The notes below the pieces were generated by a model, which saw nothing but the letters and a program-made list of their open reading frames with translations, made no database searches and was not told where the DNA came from. 64,000 bases of DNA from NCBI GenBank assembly GCA_021296315.1, contig JAGWAO010000007.1, positions 13,737-77,736 of the forward strand, in the 5' to 3' direction. This DNA is from Acidimicrobiia bacterium (GTDB lineage: Bacteria; Actinomycetota; Acidimicrobiia; Acidimicrobiales; Aldehydirespiratoraceae). A program made the translations under genes and the position numbers. Shown in pieces: positions 26,813-36,583 of the stretch. Position 1 is the first letter of the stretch. The number at the start of each line of letters is the position of its first letter.

Positions 26813-29071
26813 TCAGGCCGCGGCGTAGGGCTGGACCAGCACGTCGGGCAGTGGCTCGGTGTGCACCACGGTCACCCTCCGTGTGGCCCGGGTGAGGGCC
26901 ACATAGAGCGAACGGATGCCCTGGCACTCCTCGGCCACTATCCGAGCCGGCTCCACCACCACTGCAGCATCGACCTCCAGGCCCTTGACCAGTCGCACCG
27001 GCACCAGCGTCACCTGCTGCTCGAGGCCGGACCGGCCGGGACCGCCGAAGACGACGGAGCGGTCCTTCAACCCGACCCGGAGGGGCTCATGGAGCGAGTC
27101 GGGCACGATCACGGCCACGTTGCCCTCACCGACCTCGGCCTGCTCCTCGGCGACCACCTGGGCCAGAGCCTCGCCCAGGGCAGCCAAGTCATGGCTGGAG
27201 GGACGGCCCATCGCCGGTTCGCTCCTCGCAGCCGCGGCGCCGCACGCCACTGTGCGGGGCTCGTCTCCAACGGTCCGCACCGTGGAGGGGGGCATCGCTC
27301 CGGGCGCAGCGTAGGGAAGCACCCGGTTGGCCAGCGCCATGGCCGGCGCGGGGATCCGGTAGCCGAGAGTGAGCTCCACCCGCCGGGCGGGGCGGCGGTC
27401 GGGCAGGCCCTCCAGGACCGACTCCCAGCCGTCGTGGGCCCAGGATCCAGTGGCCTGCGCGATGTCTCCCACCACCGTCATCGAGCCGTTGAGGCTGCGG
27501 CGGGCGATCATTCGAAGCTCCATGGGCGACAGATCCTGAGCCTCGTCCACCACGATGTGGCCGTAGGTCAAGACCGCGTCCTCCTCCCGGTGCCCGGGCC
27601 GGTATCCCAGCAGCGCCCGGGCCTCGTCCAGCACCGGCACGTCCTGGAACGACCATGTCACGTCGGAGGCGTGCCGGGCCCGGGGCCGGTGCAGCAGACC
27701 TGTCTCGTCGTCGCCGAGCCGGCCGCCGGCCGCGGAGCGCAACAGCGCCTTCGACCCGTACAGGTCGTTCACCAGATGGGCCGGCGTGAGCACCGGCCAC
27801 ATCCACTCCAGCGCCTCACGCACCTCGATCTGATCCGAGAGGCTGTCGCGAACCTGGGCCGGATCGACACTCTGGCGCGCACTGGCAGCCAGAGTGGTGA
27901 AGAACGCCTCCTCCACCAGCCTGCGCCCGGCGTTGTGCTTGCGGATCCTCCGGGCCGCGTCGGCGACGATCTCGGCCGACTGCTCCACAGTGATCTTCAG
28001 CCGTTGCAGCTCGTAGCCGACGGTCAGGTCGTCTCGCAACCGGCGGCGGCGGTCGCGCACGGCCCGGCGCACCACTCCGGCCATGCGAGGATCGCCCTTG
28101 ATCCGGCCGACGGCTTCGTTGTCGAGGCCCGCGACCCGCACCGCGGGGCTGAGCAGGTCAGCCAGCACGGCCTGCTCAACGCCGGCCTCCCCCAGCGACG
28201 GCAGCACCTGCTCGATGTAGGCGAGGAAGAGGGGGTTCGGCCCGACCACCAGCACTCCCTGGCTCTCCAGCGGGAACCGATGCGTGTACAGCAGGTAGGC
28301 GGCGCGGTGCAGAGCCACCACGGTCTTGCCGGTGCCGGGACCTCCCTGCACCACCAGAACGCCCGGCATGTCGGCGCGGATCACCCTGTCCTGCTCACCC
28401 TGGATGGTGGCCACGATGTCGCCGAGGCGGCCGGTGCGGGCCGCGTCCAGCGAGGCGATCAGAGCGCTCGAGACCGTCCGCCCGTCGAGACGGCCGTCAC
28501 CCGGCGGTCCGGCAACGCCGTCGAAGTCCCGGTCGGCGAGGTCGAGGCCGATTGCGGCCTTGTCGCCGAAGAACTCGTCCTCGATTCCCAGAAGGGTGCT
28601 GCCCCGGGAGGCGAAGTGCCGGCGACGCTCCAGGCCGAGCGGCTCGCGGCCGGTGGCGCGGTAGAAGGGCTCGGCCACCGGCGCTCGCCAGTCCACGAGG
28701 ATCGGGTCGTGATCGGCGTCCCACAGACCCACCCGACCGATGTAGAACCGCTCACCCGTTCCCGCCGGGTCGATGCGACCGAACACGAGCGACCGGTCCC
28801 CGATGTTGAGCTTGGTCAGGCGGGCGAGGGTGGCCTCCAGCATGGCTTCGCGCTCGAATCGGGCCTGCGTGGTGCCGCCCCGGCCGGTGCGGAACACCGA
28901 CGTGGCCATGGCGGCCCGCTCCCGGGCCGTGTCCAGGCAAGCATGGGCCAGATCGAAGTAGGCCTGCTCGGCTTCTAGATCAGGATGGCGGCTGGTCAAG
29001 GCTGAACCCGGCGGGGTTTGGATGCCGGGTCCGCCAAAGAACGGCGGGCCGCTCCGAGACGGATCCGGCAT
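26813..29071 (-). CDS. helD: HelD-like UvrD/Rep superfamily-1 helicase (helicase IV type)
   Basis: The translation shows FYIGRVGLWDADHDPILVDWRAPVAEPFYRAT, VVQGGPGTGKT and a C-terminal YVALTRA. Confidence 0.8.
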   Translation of the reverse strand: MPDPSRSGPPFFGGPGIQTPPGSALTSRHPDLEAEQAYFDLAHACLDTARERAAMATSVFRTGRGGTTQARFEREAMLEATLARLTKLNIGDRSLVFGRIDPAGTGERFYIGRVGLWDADHDPILVDWRAPVAEPFYRATGREPLGLERRRHFASRGSTLLGIEDEFFGDKAAIGLDLADRDFDGVAGPPGDGRLDGRTVSSALIASLDAARTGRLGDIVATIQGEQDRVIRADMPGVLVVQGGPGTGKTVVALHRAAYLLYTHRFPLESQGVLVVGPNPLFLAYIEQVLPSLGEAGVEQAVLADLLSPAVRVAGLDNEAVGRIKGDPRMAGVVRRAVRDRRRRLRDDLTVGYELQRLKITVEQSAEIVADAARRIRKHNAGRRLVEEAFFTTLAASARQSVDPAQVRDSLSDQIEVREALEWMWPVLTPAHLVNDLYGSKALLRSAAGGRLGDDETGLLHRPRARHASDVTWSFQDVPVLDEARALLGYRPGHREEDAVLTYGHIVVDEAQDLSPMELRMIARRSLNGSMTVVGDIAQATGSWAHDGWESVLEGLPDRRPARRVELTLGYRIPAPAMALANRVLPYAAPGAMPPSTVRTVGDEPRTVACGAAAARSEPAMGRPSSHDLAALGEALAQVVAEEQAEVGEGNVAVIVPDSLHEPLRVGLKDRSVVFGGPGRSGLEQQVTLVPVRLVKGLEVDAAVVVEPARIVAEECQGIRSLYVALTRATRRVTVVHTEPLPDVLVQPYAAA

Positions 29072-29147
29072 TCGGGGGAACTGTTGATTCTATCGCCGGG
29101 AGAAGCCGAGCGGAGGACGGTGCCACCTAGCGGCGGAGCCCCTTATC

Positions 29148-30401
29148 GTGGGCTGCATGGACTCGAGCGAACCGGCGCAACCCGGCGGGGCCACCGGCGC
29201 CGAAGCCGCGAACGAGGCCGACGCCCCCGGTCCCTCCGGAGGGGGATCCGGCGATCAGCTCTCGGTGGGGCTGGTGTTCAGCGCCGGGGGCGCCGCGGCC
29301 GAGGCCTGGCACGCGGGCGTGGTTCGTGCACTGCATGAGGTCACGGGCTGGGACGCCCGCAGCGCGGACCTGATCCTGGGTACCTCGGCCGGAGCCATCA
29401 CCGGACTCTGCCTGCGGGCCGGCATCCCGCCGGCGGACCTCTACGCCCACCGGCGCGGCGAGCCCGTCAGCGACGAGGGGCAAGCCATCATCGATCGGGT
29501 AGTGACCCCCTACAGCGAGGGCCGAAGCGATCGCGACTGGAGCGAGCAGGGACCGCAGTCGCCGACGCTGGTGGCGAGATCCCTGTGGCCCCCGTGGCAG
29601 GCCCGGCCCCTGCATGCTGCCGTGGGAATGCTGCCAAGAGGCACCCGAACCACCGAGGCCCTCCAGCAACGCATGGCGGAACTGCATCCGGAGCCGTGGC
29701 CCGAGGCCCGTTTCTGGGTCCCGGCCGTGCGGCTGTCGGACGGCGAGCGTGTGGTCTTCGGCCGCGACGACCTTCAGGCCACCGCAGCGGAGGCGGTGCG
29801 GGCCAGTTGTGCAGTGCCGGTGCTGTTCGAGCCGGTCACCGTGGACGGGCAGCGATACATCGACGGTGGCCTGCACTCGTACACCAACGCCGACCTGATG
29901 GGACCGCCCTCCTTCGACCTGGTCGTCGTGTCGTCACCGATGAGCGGCACAGCGGGTTGGTCGGCGGTCCGCGGCTCCCTGTCGGAGGCCTGGACCAGCG
30001 CCCGAACCGGTGTCGGCCTGGGCGATTCCCGGCCCCAGGACGCCGATCGGGCCTGGTGGTCGGAGGCACTGGAACTGGCGTGGGACGACGGGCGGGCCAT
30101 GCGGGCGGCACGCCGGCAGTGGGTCGATGACAAGCTGCGCGAGGAGCTGGAAGGGCTGCGCCGCCGAGGCATCGCCGTGCTGGTGGTGGAACCCGATGCC
30201 GACGGCGTGGAACTGGTGGACACGGGAAGCGGCGAGGATGTCGACCGCACCGGCCACGGCTCCGAGAAGCCTGACCGCAGCGATCCCATGTGGGTCTGGC
30301 GAGCAGAGATGGCCGCGGCCGCAGACCAGGCTGCCCGTCGCATCCTCACGGACCGCGACAACCGGCGGCCGGCCGGACTGCTGCGCCGGGCCGCGGGCTG
30401 A
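29148..30401 (+). CDS. Patatin-like phospholipase
   Basis: The translation shows VFSAGGAAA (oxyanion region), GTSAG (GxSxG) and YIDGGL (DGG). Confidence 0.8.
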   Translation: MGCMDSSEPAQPGGATGAEAANEADAPGPSGGGSGDQLSVGLVFSAGGAAAEAWHAGVVRALHEVTGWDARSADLILGTSAGAITGLCLRAGIPPADLYAHRRGEPVSDEGQAIIDRVVTPYSEGRSDRDWSEQGPQSPTLVARSLWPPWQARPLHAAVGMLPRGTRTTEALQQRMAELHPEPWPEARFWVPAVRLSDGERVVFGRDDLQATAAEAVRASCAVPVLFEPVTVDGQRYIDGGLHSYTNADLMGPPSFDLVVVSSPMSGTAGWSAVRGSLSEAWTSARTGVGLGDSRPQDADRAWWSEALELAWDDGRAMRAARRQWVDDKLREELEGLRRRGIAVLVVEPDADGVELVDTGSGEDVDRTGHGSEKPDRSDPMWVWRAEMAAAADQAARRILTDRDNRRPAGLLRRAAG

Positions 30402-30428
30402 CCGGCCCCTCGGCGCCGACTTGACGCA

Positions 30429-31478
30429 GTGAGCAGCAGCCGTTTCGACGACAGCGACTTCGTGCGGGCCTGCCGTCGCCAGCCCCATGAGCGGGTCCCG
30501 GTGTGGTTCATGCGCCAGGCCGGCCGGTCCCTTCCCGAGTACCGGGCCGTGCGGGGCACCGGTTCGATACTCGACGCCATCGCCGACCCCGACCGGGCGG
30601 CAGAGATCACCCTGCAGCCGGTGCGCCGCTACGGAGTGGACGCGGCCATCCTGTTCAGCGACATCGTCGTGCCGGCCCATGCCGTCGGCTTCGGTGTCGA
30701 TGTCGTGCCGGGCACAGGGCCGGTCGTTGAGCGTCCCTTCGCGGCCCGCGGCGACCTCGACCGCCTGCGCCCCCTCGATCCCGGCTCCGACACGCCGTAT
30801 GTCATCGAGACCGTCCGCCGCGCCGTCGAGATGCTGGATGTGCCTCTCATCGGGTTCGCGGGGGCCCCGTTCACGGTGGCGTCGTACCTGGTGGAGGGAG
30901 GCCCGTCGCGCCACCATGAGCGGACCAAGTCCCTCATGGTCGGCGACGAGGCGCTGTGGCATGAGCTCATGGACCGCCTTGCCGACCTTGCCATCGCCTC
31001 GCTGCTGGCTCAGGTGGAGGCGGGAGCGGCCGCGGTGCAGCTCTTCGACAGTTGGGCGGGAGCATTGTCGCCCGATCAGTACCGGCGGGGTGTCGCCCCG
31101 CACTCCGCCCGGGTGCTGGAAGCAGCGGGCGAGACCGGGGTCCCGCGGATCCATTTCGGGGTCGGCACCGGCGAGATTCTCGACCAGATGGCCGACTGCG
31201 GCGCCGAGGTGGTGGGGGTGGACTTCCGCGTGCCCATCGACGCGGCCCGGCAACGGGTCGGCCCGGGCCGGGCGCTGCAGGGAAACCTGGACCCCGCGGT
31301 GGTGCTGGCCTCCGAGTCGGCGGCCTGTGACGCGGCCCGCGCCGTGCTGGCCTCCAACGGCGGGCATCCCGGCTTCATCTTCAACCTGGGCCATGGAGTC
31401 CTGCCCGGCAGCGATCCCGATGTGCTGGCCCGCGTGGTGCAGGTGGTGCACGACGAGGGCCGAGTGCGGTGCGAGTGA
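30429..31478 (+). CDS. hemE: Uroporphyrinogen decarboxylase
   Basis: The VPVWFMRQAGRSLPEYR signature is present and the full-length pattern fits. Confidence 0.9.
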   Translation: MSSSRFDDSDFVRACRRQPHERVPVWFMRQAGRSLPEYRAVRGTGSILDAIADPDRAAEITLQPVRRYGVDAAILFSDIVVPAHAVGFGVDVVPGTGPVVERPFAARGDLDRLRPLDPGSDTPYVIETVRRAVEMLDVPLIGFAGAPFTVASYLVEGGPSRHHERTKSLMVGDEALWHELMDRLADLAIASLLAQVEAGAAAVQLFDSWAGALSPDQYRRGVAPHSARVLEAAGETGVPRIHFGVGTGEILDQMADCGAEVVGVDFRVPIDAARQRVGPGRALQGNLDPAVVLASESAACDAARAVLASNGGHPGFIFNLGHGVLPGSDPDVLARVVQVVHDEGRVRCE

Positions 31479-32887
31479 CCGGCCGGGTGGCCGTCGTCGG
31501 CGCGGGCATCTCCGGGCTGGCCGCGGCGTACGAACTCCGGCACGCCGGAATCGAGGTGGTCGTGCTAGAGGCCGGCGACCGGCCCGGAGGGAAGATCGAC
31601 AGTGCGCAGGTCGGCTGCCTGACGGTCGACGTGGGACCCGACGGCTTCGTGGCCCGCGACCCTGCCGCCGCCGAGCTGTGCCGCCGGCTCGGGCTCGGCC
31701 CTGACCTGGTCGAGCCCGCCTCGAGCGGAGCCTTCGTGTGGGTGGACGGGTGGCTGCGGCCGCTTCCGGCCCGTTCCGTGCTCGGACTCCCGTGGACGGC
31801 CGACGCGGTGAGGGGCACCGGCATCGTCTCCGAGGGCGGCGCAGACGCGCTCGCCCGCGGCCTGGCCCAGGACGCCGACCCGCTGCCCGACGACGCTTCG
31901 GTGGGCGAGGCACTGCGTCCACGCGTCGGCGACGAAGTGTTCGAGCGCCTCATCGATCCCCTGCTGGGCGGCATCAACGCCGGATCGGCCGACGAGATGA
32001 GCATCGAGGCTTGTGCGCCGCCCCTGTACGAGGCTGCCCGCCGGGGAGGCCCGCTCGGCCCGGCCCTCCGACAGGTCGCCGCCCGGCAGGGCCGGGACCG
32101 CGATCCAGAGGCGCCGGGGCCGGTGTTCCGGAGCGTGCACGGCGGCGTGACCCGCATAGTCGACGCCCTCGCCGCCGAACTGGGCGACGCGGTGAGGTCG
32201 TCCACCCCGGTGCAGTCGGTGGGTACGGCGACATCCCGCGGCGACCGCCGATGGAGGGTGGCGACATCGAACGGTTCCCTCGACGCCGACGGGGTGATCC
32301 TGGCCTGCCCCGCCTGGGAGTCGGCTCGCCTGCTCGAGCCCCTCGTGCCCGACGCGGCCGGGATCCTCGCCGAGATCGAGTACTCCGACGTCGTGCTGGC
32401 CGCGTTCGTGCTGCCCCACGACCGTCTGGCCCGCCCCCTCGACGGCAGCGGCTTCCTGGTTCCCCGCGGCCAGGGGCTGCTCACCACCGCATGCTCCTGG
32501 GCCTCCGCCAAGTGGCGCCACTACGACCATGAGGGTCTGGCTGTGCTGCGGGTCTCGGCCGGGCGGACCGACGACCGGCGCTGGCTGGACCTCAGCGGAG
32601 ACGAGCTGGTAGCCGCCCTCGCGGCCGAGCTCGCCGAGACCGGGATGCTCTCACCCAGCGACGCAGCCCAGGGCCGCTTCGAGGCCCGGATCACGCCCTG
32701 GCTCCGATCCCTGCCGCAGTACCGGCCCGGCCATCTCCGGCGTGTCGCCGCGGTGGACGCCTGCCTGGCCAGCGAGGCGCCGGGACTCGCCGCCGCCGGT
32801 GCGGCCTTCCGGGGCGTGGGCCTGCCGGCTTGCATCCGCGGCGCGCGAGAGGCGGCAACCGCAGTGGCGAGGGCTGTGCTGTGCTAG
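31469..32887 (+). CDS. hemY: Protoporphyrinogen/coproporphyrinogen III oxidase (HemY/CgoX type)
   Basis: VAVVGAGISGLAAAYEL is the FAD-binding fold. The gene follows hemE with a 10-nt overlap. Confidence 0.8.
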   Translation: MRVTGRVAVVGAGISGLAAAYELRHAGIEVVVLEAGDRPGGKIDSAQVGCLTVDVGPDGFVARDPAAAELCRRLGLGPDLVEPASSGAFVWVDGWLRPLPARSVLGLPWTADAVRGTGIVSEGGADALARGLAQDADPLPDDASVGEALRPRVGDEVFERLIDPLLGGINAGSADEMSIEACAPPLYEAARRGGPLGPALRQVAARQGRDRDPEAPGPVFRSVHGGVTRIVDALAAELGDAVRSSTPVQSVGTATSRGDRRWRVATSNGSLDADGVILACPAWESARLLEPLVPDAAGILAEIEYSDVVLAAFVLPHDRLARPLDGSGFLVPRGQGLLTTACSWASAKWRHYDHEGLAVLRVSAGRTDDRRWLDLSGDELVAALAAELAETGMLSPSDAAQGRFEARITPWLRSLPQYRPGHLRRVAAVDACLASEAPGLAAAGAAFRGVGLPACIRGAREAATAVARAVLC

Positions 32888-33678
32888 ACGAACCGTTCGT
32901 GGATCCGAACACCCCCAGCGACTCCGGTCGGTCCGAGCCCGTAATGGCGCCGCTCGTCGCCCCCGACACCGGCCCGGCCCGGGAGTGGGCCGAGGCCAGC
33001 CCGCCCCTCGTCACCGTCCATCCCGACGACCTGCCCGAGGGCGACAGCCACCTCAGCGTGACGCGCACCTTCTGTTTCGCCGACCTCTGCGGCTTCACCG
33101 GGTACACCCGTTCCCACGGGCCCCACGAGGCGGTGGCGATGCTCGGAGAGTTTCGCAGGGTCACCCGGAGCGTGGCCGCCAAACGAGGGGTGCGGGTGGC
33201 GAAATGGCTGGGCGACGGCGCCATGCTGGTGTCCACGAGCGCCGCGGCCGCGCTGTCCCTCGGCGCCCACCTCATCCACTATTTCGCCAGCAGGGGCGTG
33301 CAGATCCGGGTGGGCGCGGCCACCGGCCAGGCCCTGCTCTTCGAGGGCGACGACTACGTGGGCGAGCCCGTGAACCTGGCCGCCAAACTATGCGCCGCCG
33401 CTCCGCCGGGCGAGATGTACACCGTCACCGACCAGCTGGAGTTGCCCGACTGGGTGGCCTGCATCGGCGATGTCACGGTGCAGATCCGGGGCGTCGGGCC
33501 GGTGGAGGGCGTGCACCGGCTCCTGCCCCTCGGGCTCGCCGATGAGCGCGGGAGCGACGTGGACAGGCTCAACGACGAACTCGACCAGCTCAGCGACGAC
33601 TCGGCAGCGACCTCAACGAACTCAGCCAGGAGCTCGACGAGTTCGGGTCGGGTGGCTCGAGCCATCAGTGACGGCTGA
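32881..33678 (+). CDS. Class III adenylate/guanylate cyclase domain protein
   Basis: The translation shows FCFADLCGFTGYT, WLGDGAML and GEPVNLAAKL. GTG 32881 overlaps the hemY stop (GTGCTAG). Confidence 0.75.
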   Translation: MLDEPFVDPNTPSDSGRSEPVMAPLVAPDTGPAREWAEASPPLVTVHPDDLPEGDSHLSVTRTFCFADLCGFTGYTRSHGPHEAVAMLGEFRRVTRSVAAKRGVRVAKWLGDGAMLVSTSAAAALSLGAHLIHYFASRGVQIRVGAATGQALLFEGDDYVGEPVNLAAKLCAAAPPGEMYTVTDQLELPDWVACIGDVTVQIRGVGPVEGVHRLLPLGLADERGSDVDRLNDELDQLSDDSAATSTNSARSSTSSGRVARAISDG

Positions 33679-35229
33679 GTGACCCAACCCGCTCGGCCCC
33701 TTGGCCTGGGAAGGCCCTGGATCCGCTCCATCGTGGCCGGGCTGCTGCTGGCCGCCTCGCTGCCGCCCTGGGGCTTCTGGCCCCTGGCAATCGGTGGGAT
33801 GGCGCTCTGGGTCGAGCTGCTGACCGAGGGCGGCTACTGGCGCCGGGCGGGGCTCTCGGCGCTGGTGAGTGTCAGTTGGCTGGGTCCGGCGACGGTCTGG
33901 ATGGCGGACCTGACGCTGGTCGGCTGGCCGCTGGCGCTGATCGGATTCGCGGCGATGCACGCCGTGGCCGGCGCGCTCGTGCCGCCCGACCACCGGCGCT
34001 GGGCCGCCTTCCCGGCTGCGTTCGCGCTCGCCGAACTGCTGAGATGGACCTGGCCCTTCGGCGGGGTGCCGCTGGCAACGATGGCCATGGCGCAGGTGTC
34101 CGGCCCGCTCGGACCGGCGGCCCGGATCGGCGGCCCGCTGTTGCTGACCGCGCTCACCGCGGTGGGCGGGGTCACGGTGGCCGCCATCCTGGCCGCCCGC
34201 CTCCGGCCGGCTGCGGTGGGCGCAGCCTTGGTGGCCGCGGCCTGGGTCGCGGCCATCGTCGCTCCCGGCTCACAGCCCATCGATGTCGACGGCACACCCG
34301 ACGACGACGCCGGAATCACCGTCGCCGCGGTGCAGGGCGGTGGTCCCCAGAACACCAGAGCCGACGTGTGCGAGCAGCGGGCGGTGTTCGAGCGCCACCT
34401 CAACACCACGATCCAGCAGGTGTCCACTCCGGTGGATCTGGTGGTGTGGCCCGAGGACGTGGTCCATCCCAGCCCGGACACGGCCATCACGCCGGCGCGC
34501 TGCGACCAGCCGCTGCTCACCGACAGCGAGGCCCGGGCCGCGCTGTCGGACCTGGCCCGCGACCTCGACACGGTGCTCATCGTCGGCTTCTTCGAACGCA
34601 CCGCCGACCGCGAGGCCAATCGCAACTACGCGGCCGCCTACAACTCCTCAGGAGTGCCGGTCGACACCTACGACAAGGTCCAGCTCGTGCCCTTCGGCGA
34701 GTACGTGCCGCTGCGCTCCAGCGCCGAGCGCTTCAGCGACGAGCTGCCGCCGCGGGACGTCAGGCCGGGACCCGCCGACGAGCCCGCCGTCCTCGACACG
34801 CCGCTGGGACCGCTAGGCGTGGCCATTTCCTGGGAGATCTTCTTCGACCACCGGGCCCGCAGCGCCGTCGGCGGCGGCGACGGCCGGGTGCTTCTAAACC
34901 CCACCAACGGCTCCAGCTACTGGCTGACGGTGGTCCAGACCCAGCAGATCGCGTCCAGCCGCCTGAGGGCCATCGAGACCGATCGATGGGTGGTCCAGGC
35001 CGCGCCCACCGGGTTCTCCGCGGTGATCACGCCGGAGGGCGACGTGATCGAGCGAACCGGGATCTCCGAGAGCAGAGTGATCCAGACGACGGTTGAGCTG
35101 CGCCAGGGCGATACGCTCGCGGTCCGGTTGGGGGCATGGCCTGTGGCCGTCGCCGCAGTGCTGACGCTCTCGCTGGCGCTCGGCCTCGGGCGTGTGTTGA
35201 CGAGATTCAGGCCAGGGAGAAAGCTCTAG
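33679..35229 (+). CDS. lnt: Apolipoprotein N-acyltransferase homolog (Lnt), with Ser at the catalytic Cys position
   Basis: A multi-TM N-terminus is followed by a C-N hydrolase domain: VVWPEDVV (Glu), YDKVQLVPFGEYVP (Lys) and VAISWEIFF, where the nitrilase-superfamily C-W/Y-E motif reads S-W-E (codon tcc 34828-34830). Confidence 0.8.
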   Translation: MTQPARPLGLGRPWIRSIVAGLLLAASLPPWGFWPLAIGGMALWVELLTEGGYWRRAGLSALVSVSWLGPATVWMADLTLVGWPLALIGFAAMHAVAGALVPPDHRRWAAFPAAFALAELLRWTWPFGGVPLATMAMAQVSGPLGPAARIGGPLLLTALTAVGGVTVAAILAARLRPAAVGAALVAAAWVAAIVAPGSQPIDVDGTPDDDAGITVAAVQGGGPQNTRADVCEQRAVFERHLNTTIQQVSTPVDLVVWPEDVVHPSPDTAITPARCDQPLLTDSEARAALSDLARDLDTVLIVGFFERTADREANRNYAAAYNSSGVPVDTYDKVQLVPFGEYVPLRSSAERFSDELPPRDVRPGPADEPAVLDTPLGPLGVAISWEIFFDHRARSAVGGGDGRVLLNPTNGSSYWLTVVQTQQIASSRLRAIETDRWVVQAAPTGFSAVITPEGDVIERTGISESRVIQTTVELRQGDTLAVRLGAWPVAVAAVLTLSLALGLGRVLTRFRPGRKL

Positions 35230-35233
35230 CGCC

Positions 35234-36583
35234 ATGCCCGACCTCCCGGACCGCGACGCACCCCTGCGGGTGGCCATGCTGTCGTACCGGGGCAAGCCTC
35301 ACGTCGGCGGGCAGGGCGTATATGTGAGCCGCCTGTCGGCCGCACTCACCGACCTGGGCCACAGCGTCGTAGTGCTCGGCGGTCCCCCGTATCCGGAGCT
35401 CGACGAACGGGTGCCGCTGGTGAGGCTCGGCGGTCTCGACATCTGGGCCCCGCCCCATCCCATGCGCAAGCCCCGAGCCTGGGAGTTGAAGGACTGGATC
35501 GACATCGCCGAGCACGTCTCCTTCGTCACCGGCAACTTCAGCGAGCCCATGGCCTTCAGCCTGCGGGCTTGGCGGCACCTGCGCACCAGGAGGGCCCACT
35601 TCGACCTGGTGCACGACAACCAGACCCTCGGCTGGGGAATCCTGGCCCTGCAGCGCCAGGGCTGGCCTCTGCTGGAGACGATCCACCACCCGATCACCGT
35701 GGACCGGCGCCTGGAACTGGCCCACGCCCGCACACTGCGCGAGCAGATCGGCAAGCGTCGCTGGTATGCGTTCACGAAGATGCAGACCCAGGTGGCCAAA
35801 CGGCTGCCCAGGGTGCTGACGGTGTCGGAGTCGTCCAAGCGCGACATCGCCGGCGACCACGGGGTGCCGCCGGAGCGCATCCACGTGGTACCGGTGGGCG
35901 TGGACCCGGAGATGTTCTCGCCCCTGCCCGAGATCGCCCGGGTGCCGGGCCGGCTGATCACCACCGCCAGCGCCGACGTCACCATGAAGGGACTCAGCTT
36001 CCTGCTGGAGGCGGTAGCCAAGCTGCGCACCGAGCGCCACGTGGAGTTGACCATCATCGGCAAGGCCAAGAGCGACTCCGCGGCCAGCCGGGCCATCTCG
36101 GAGCTGGGGCTGGCCGACGCGGTCACGTTCGTGTCGGGGGTGTCGGACCGCCGCATCGTGGAGCTGTACGCCGAAGCCGAGCTGGCCGTGGTGCCCTCCC
36201 TGTACGAGGGCTTCTCGCTGCCGGCAATCGAGGCCATGTCGTGCGGGGCGCCGCTGGTGGCCACCACCGGCGGCGCGCTGCCCGAGGTGGCCGGCACGCA
36301 CGGCGAGACCTGCTTCCTGACCGAGCCCGGCGACGCCCAGGCGCTGGCCGCGGTGCTTCAGGAGGCGCTCGACAATCCCGAGGCTCGGGCCCGCGTGGGA
36401 CGGGCCGGCCGCCAGCGCGTGGTCAACCAGTGGTCCTGGCGCCACACCGCGGACCGGACTGTGGAGCAGTACCGGGCCGTGCTGGAGGAGTCGGCACGAT
36501 CGCAGGCGGCCCGATCCGAGACGTCGGCGCCACCGGCAGCCGGCGGTGCGTTCACGGCCGGAGCGGGGACGGCGGCCCGCTGA
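35234..36583 (+). CDS. Glycosyltransferase family 4 (GT-B)
   Basis: The translation shows RVAMLSYRGKPHVGGQGVYV and the EGFSLPAIEAMSCGAPLVAT (E-x7-E) motif. Confidence 0.8.
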   Translation: MPDLPDRDAPLRVAMLSYRGKPHVGGQGVYVSRLSAALTDLGHSVVVLGGPPYPELDERVPLVRLGGLDIWAPPHPMRKPRAWELKDWIDIAEHVSFVTGNFSEPMAFSLRAWRHLRTRRAHFDLVHDNQTLGWGILALQRQGWPLLETIHHPITVDRRLELAHARTLREQIGKRRWYAFTKMQTQVAKRLPRVLTVSESSKRDIAGDHGVPPERIHVVPVGVDPEMFSPLPEIARVPGRLITTASADVTMKGLSFLLEAVAKLRTERHVELTIIGKAKSDSAASRAISELGLADAVTFVSGVSDRRIVELYAEAELAVVPSLYEGFSLPAIEAMSCGAPLVATTGGALPEVAGTHGETCFLTEPGDAQALAAVLQEALDNPEARARVGRAGRQRVVNQWSWRHTADRTVEQYRAVLEESARSQAARSETSAPPAAGGAFTAGAGTAAR

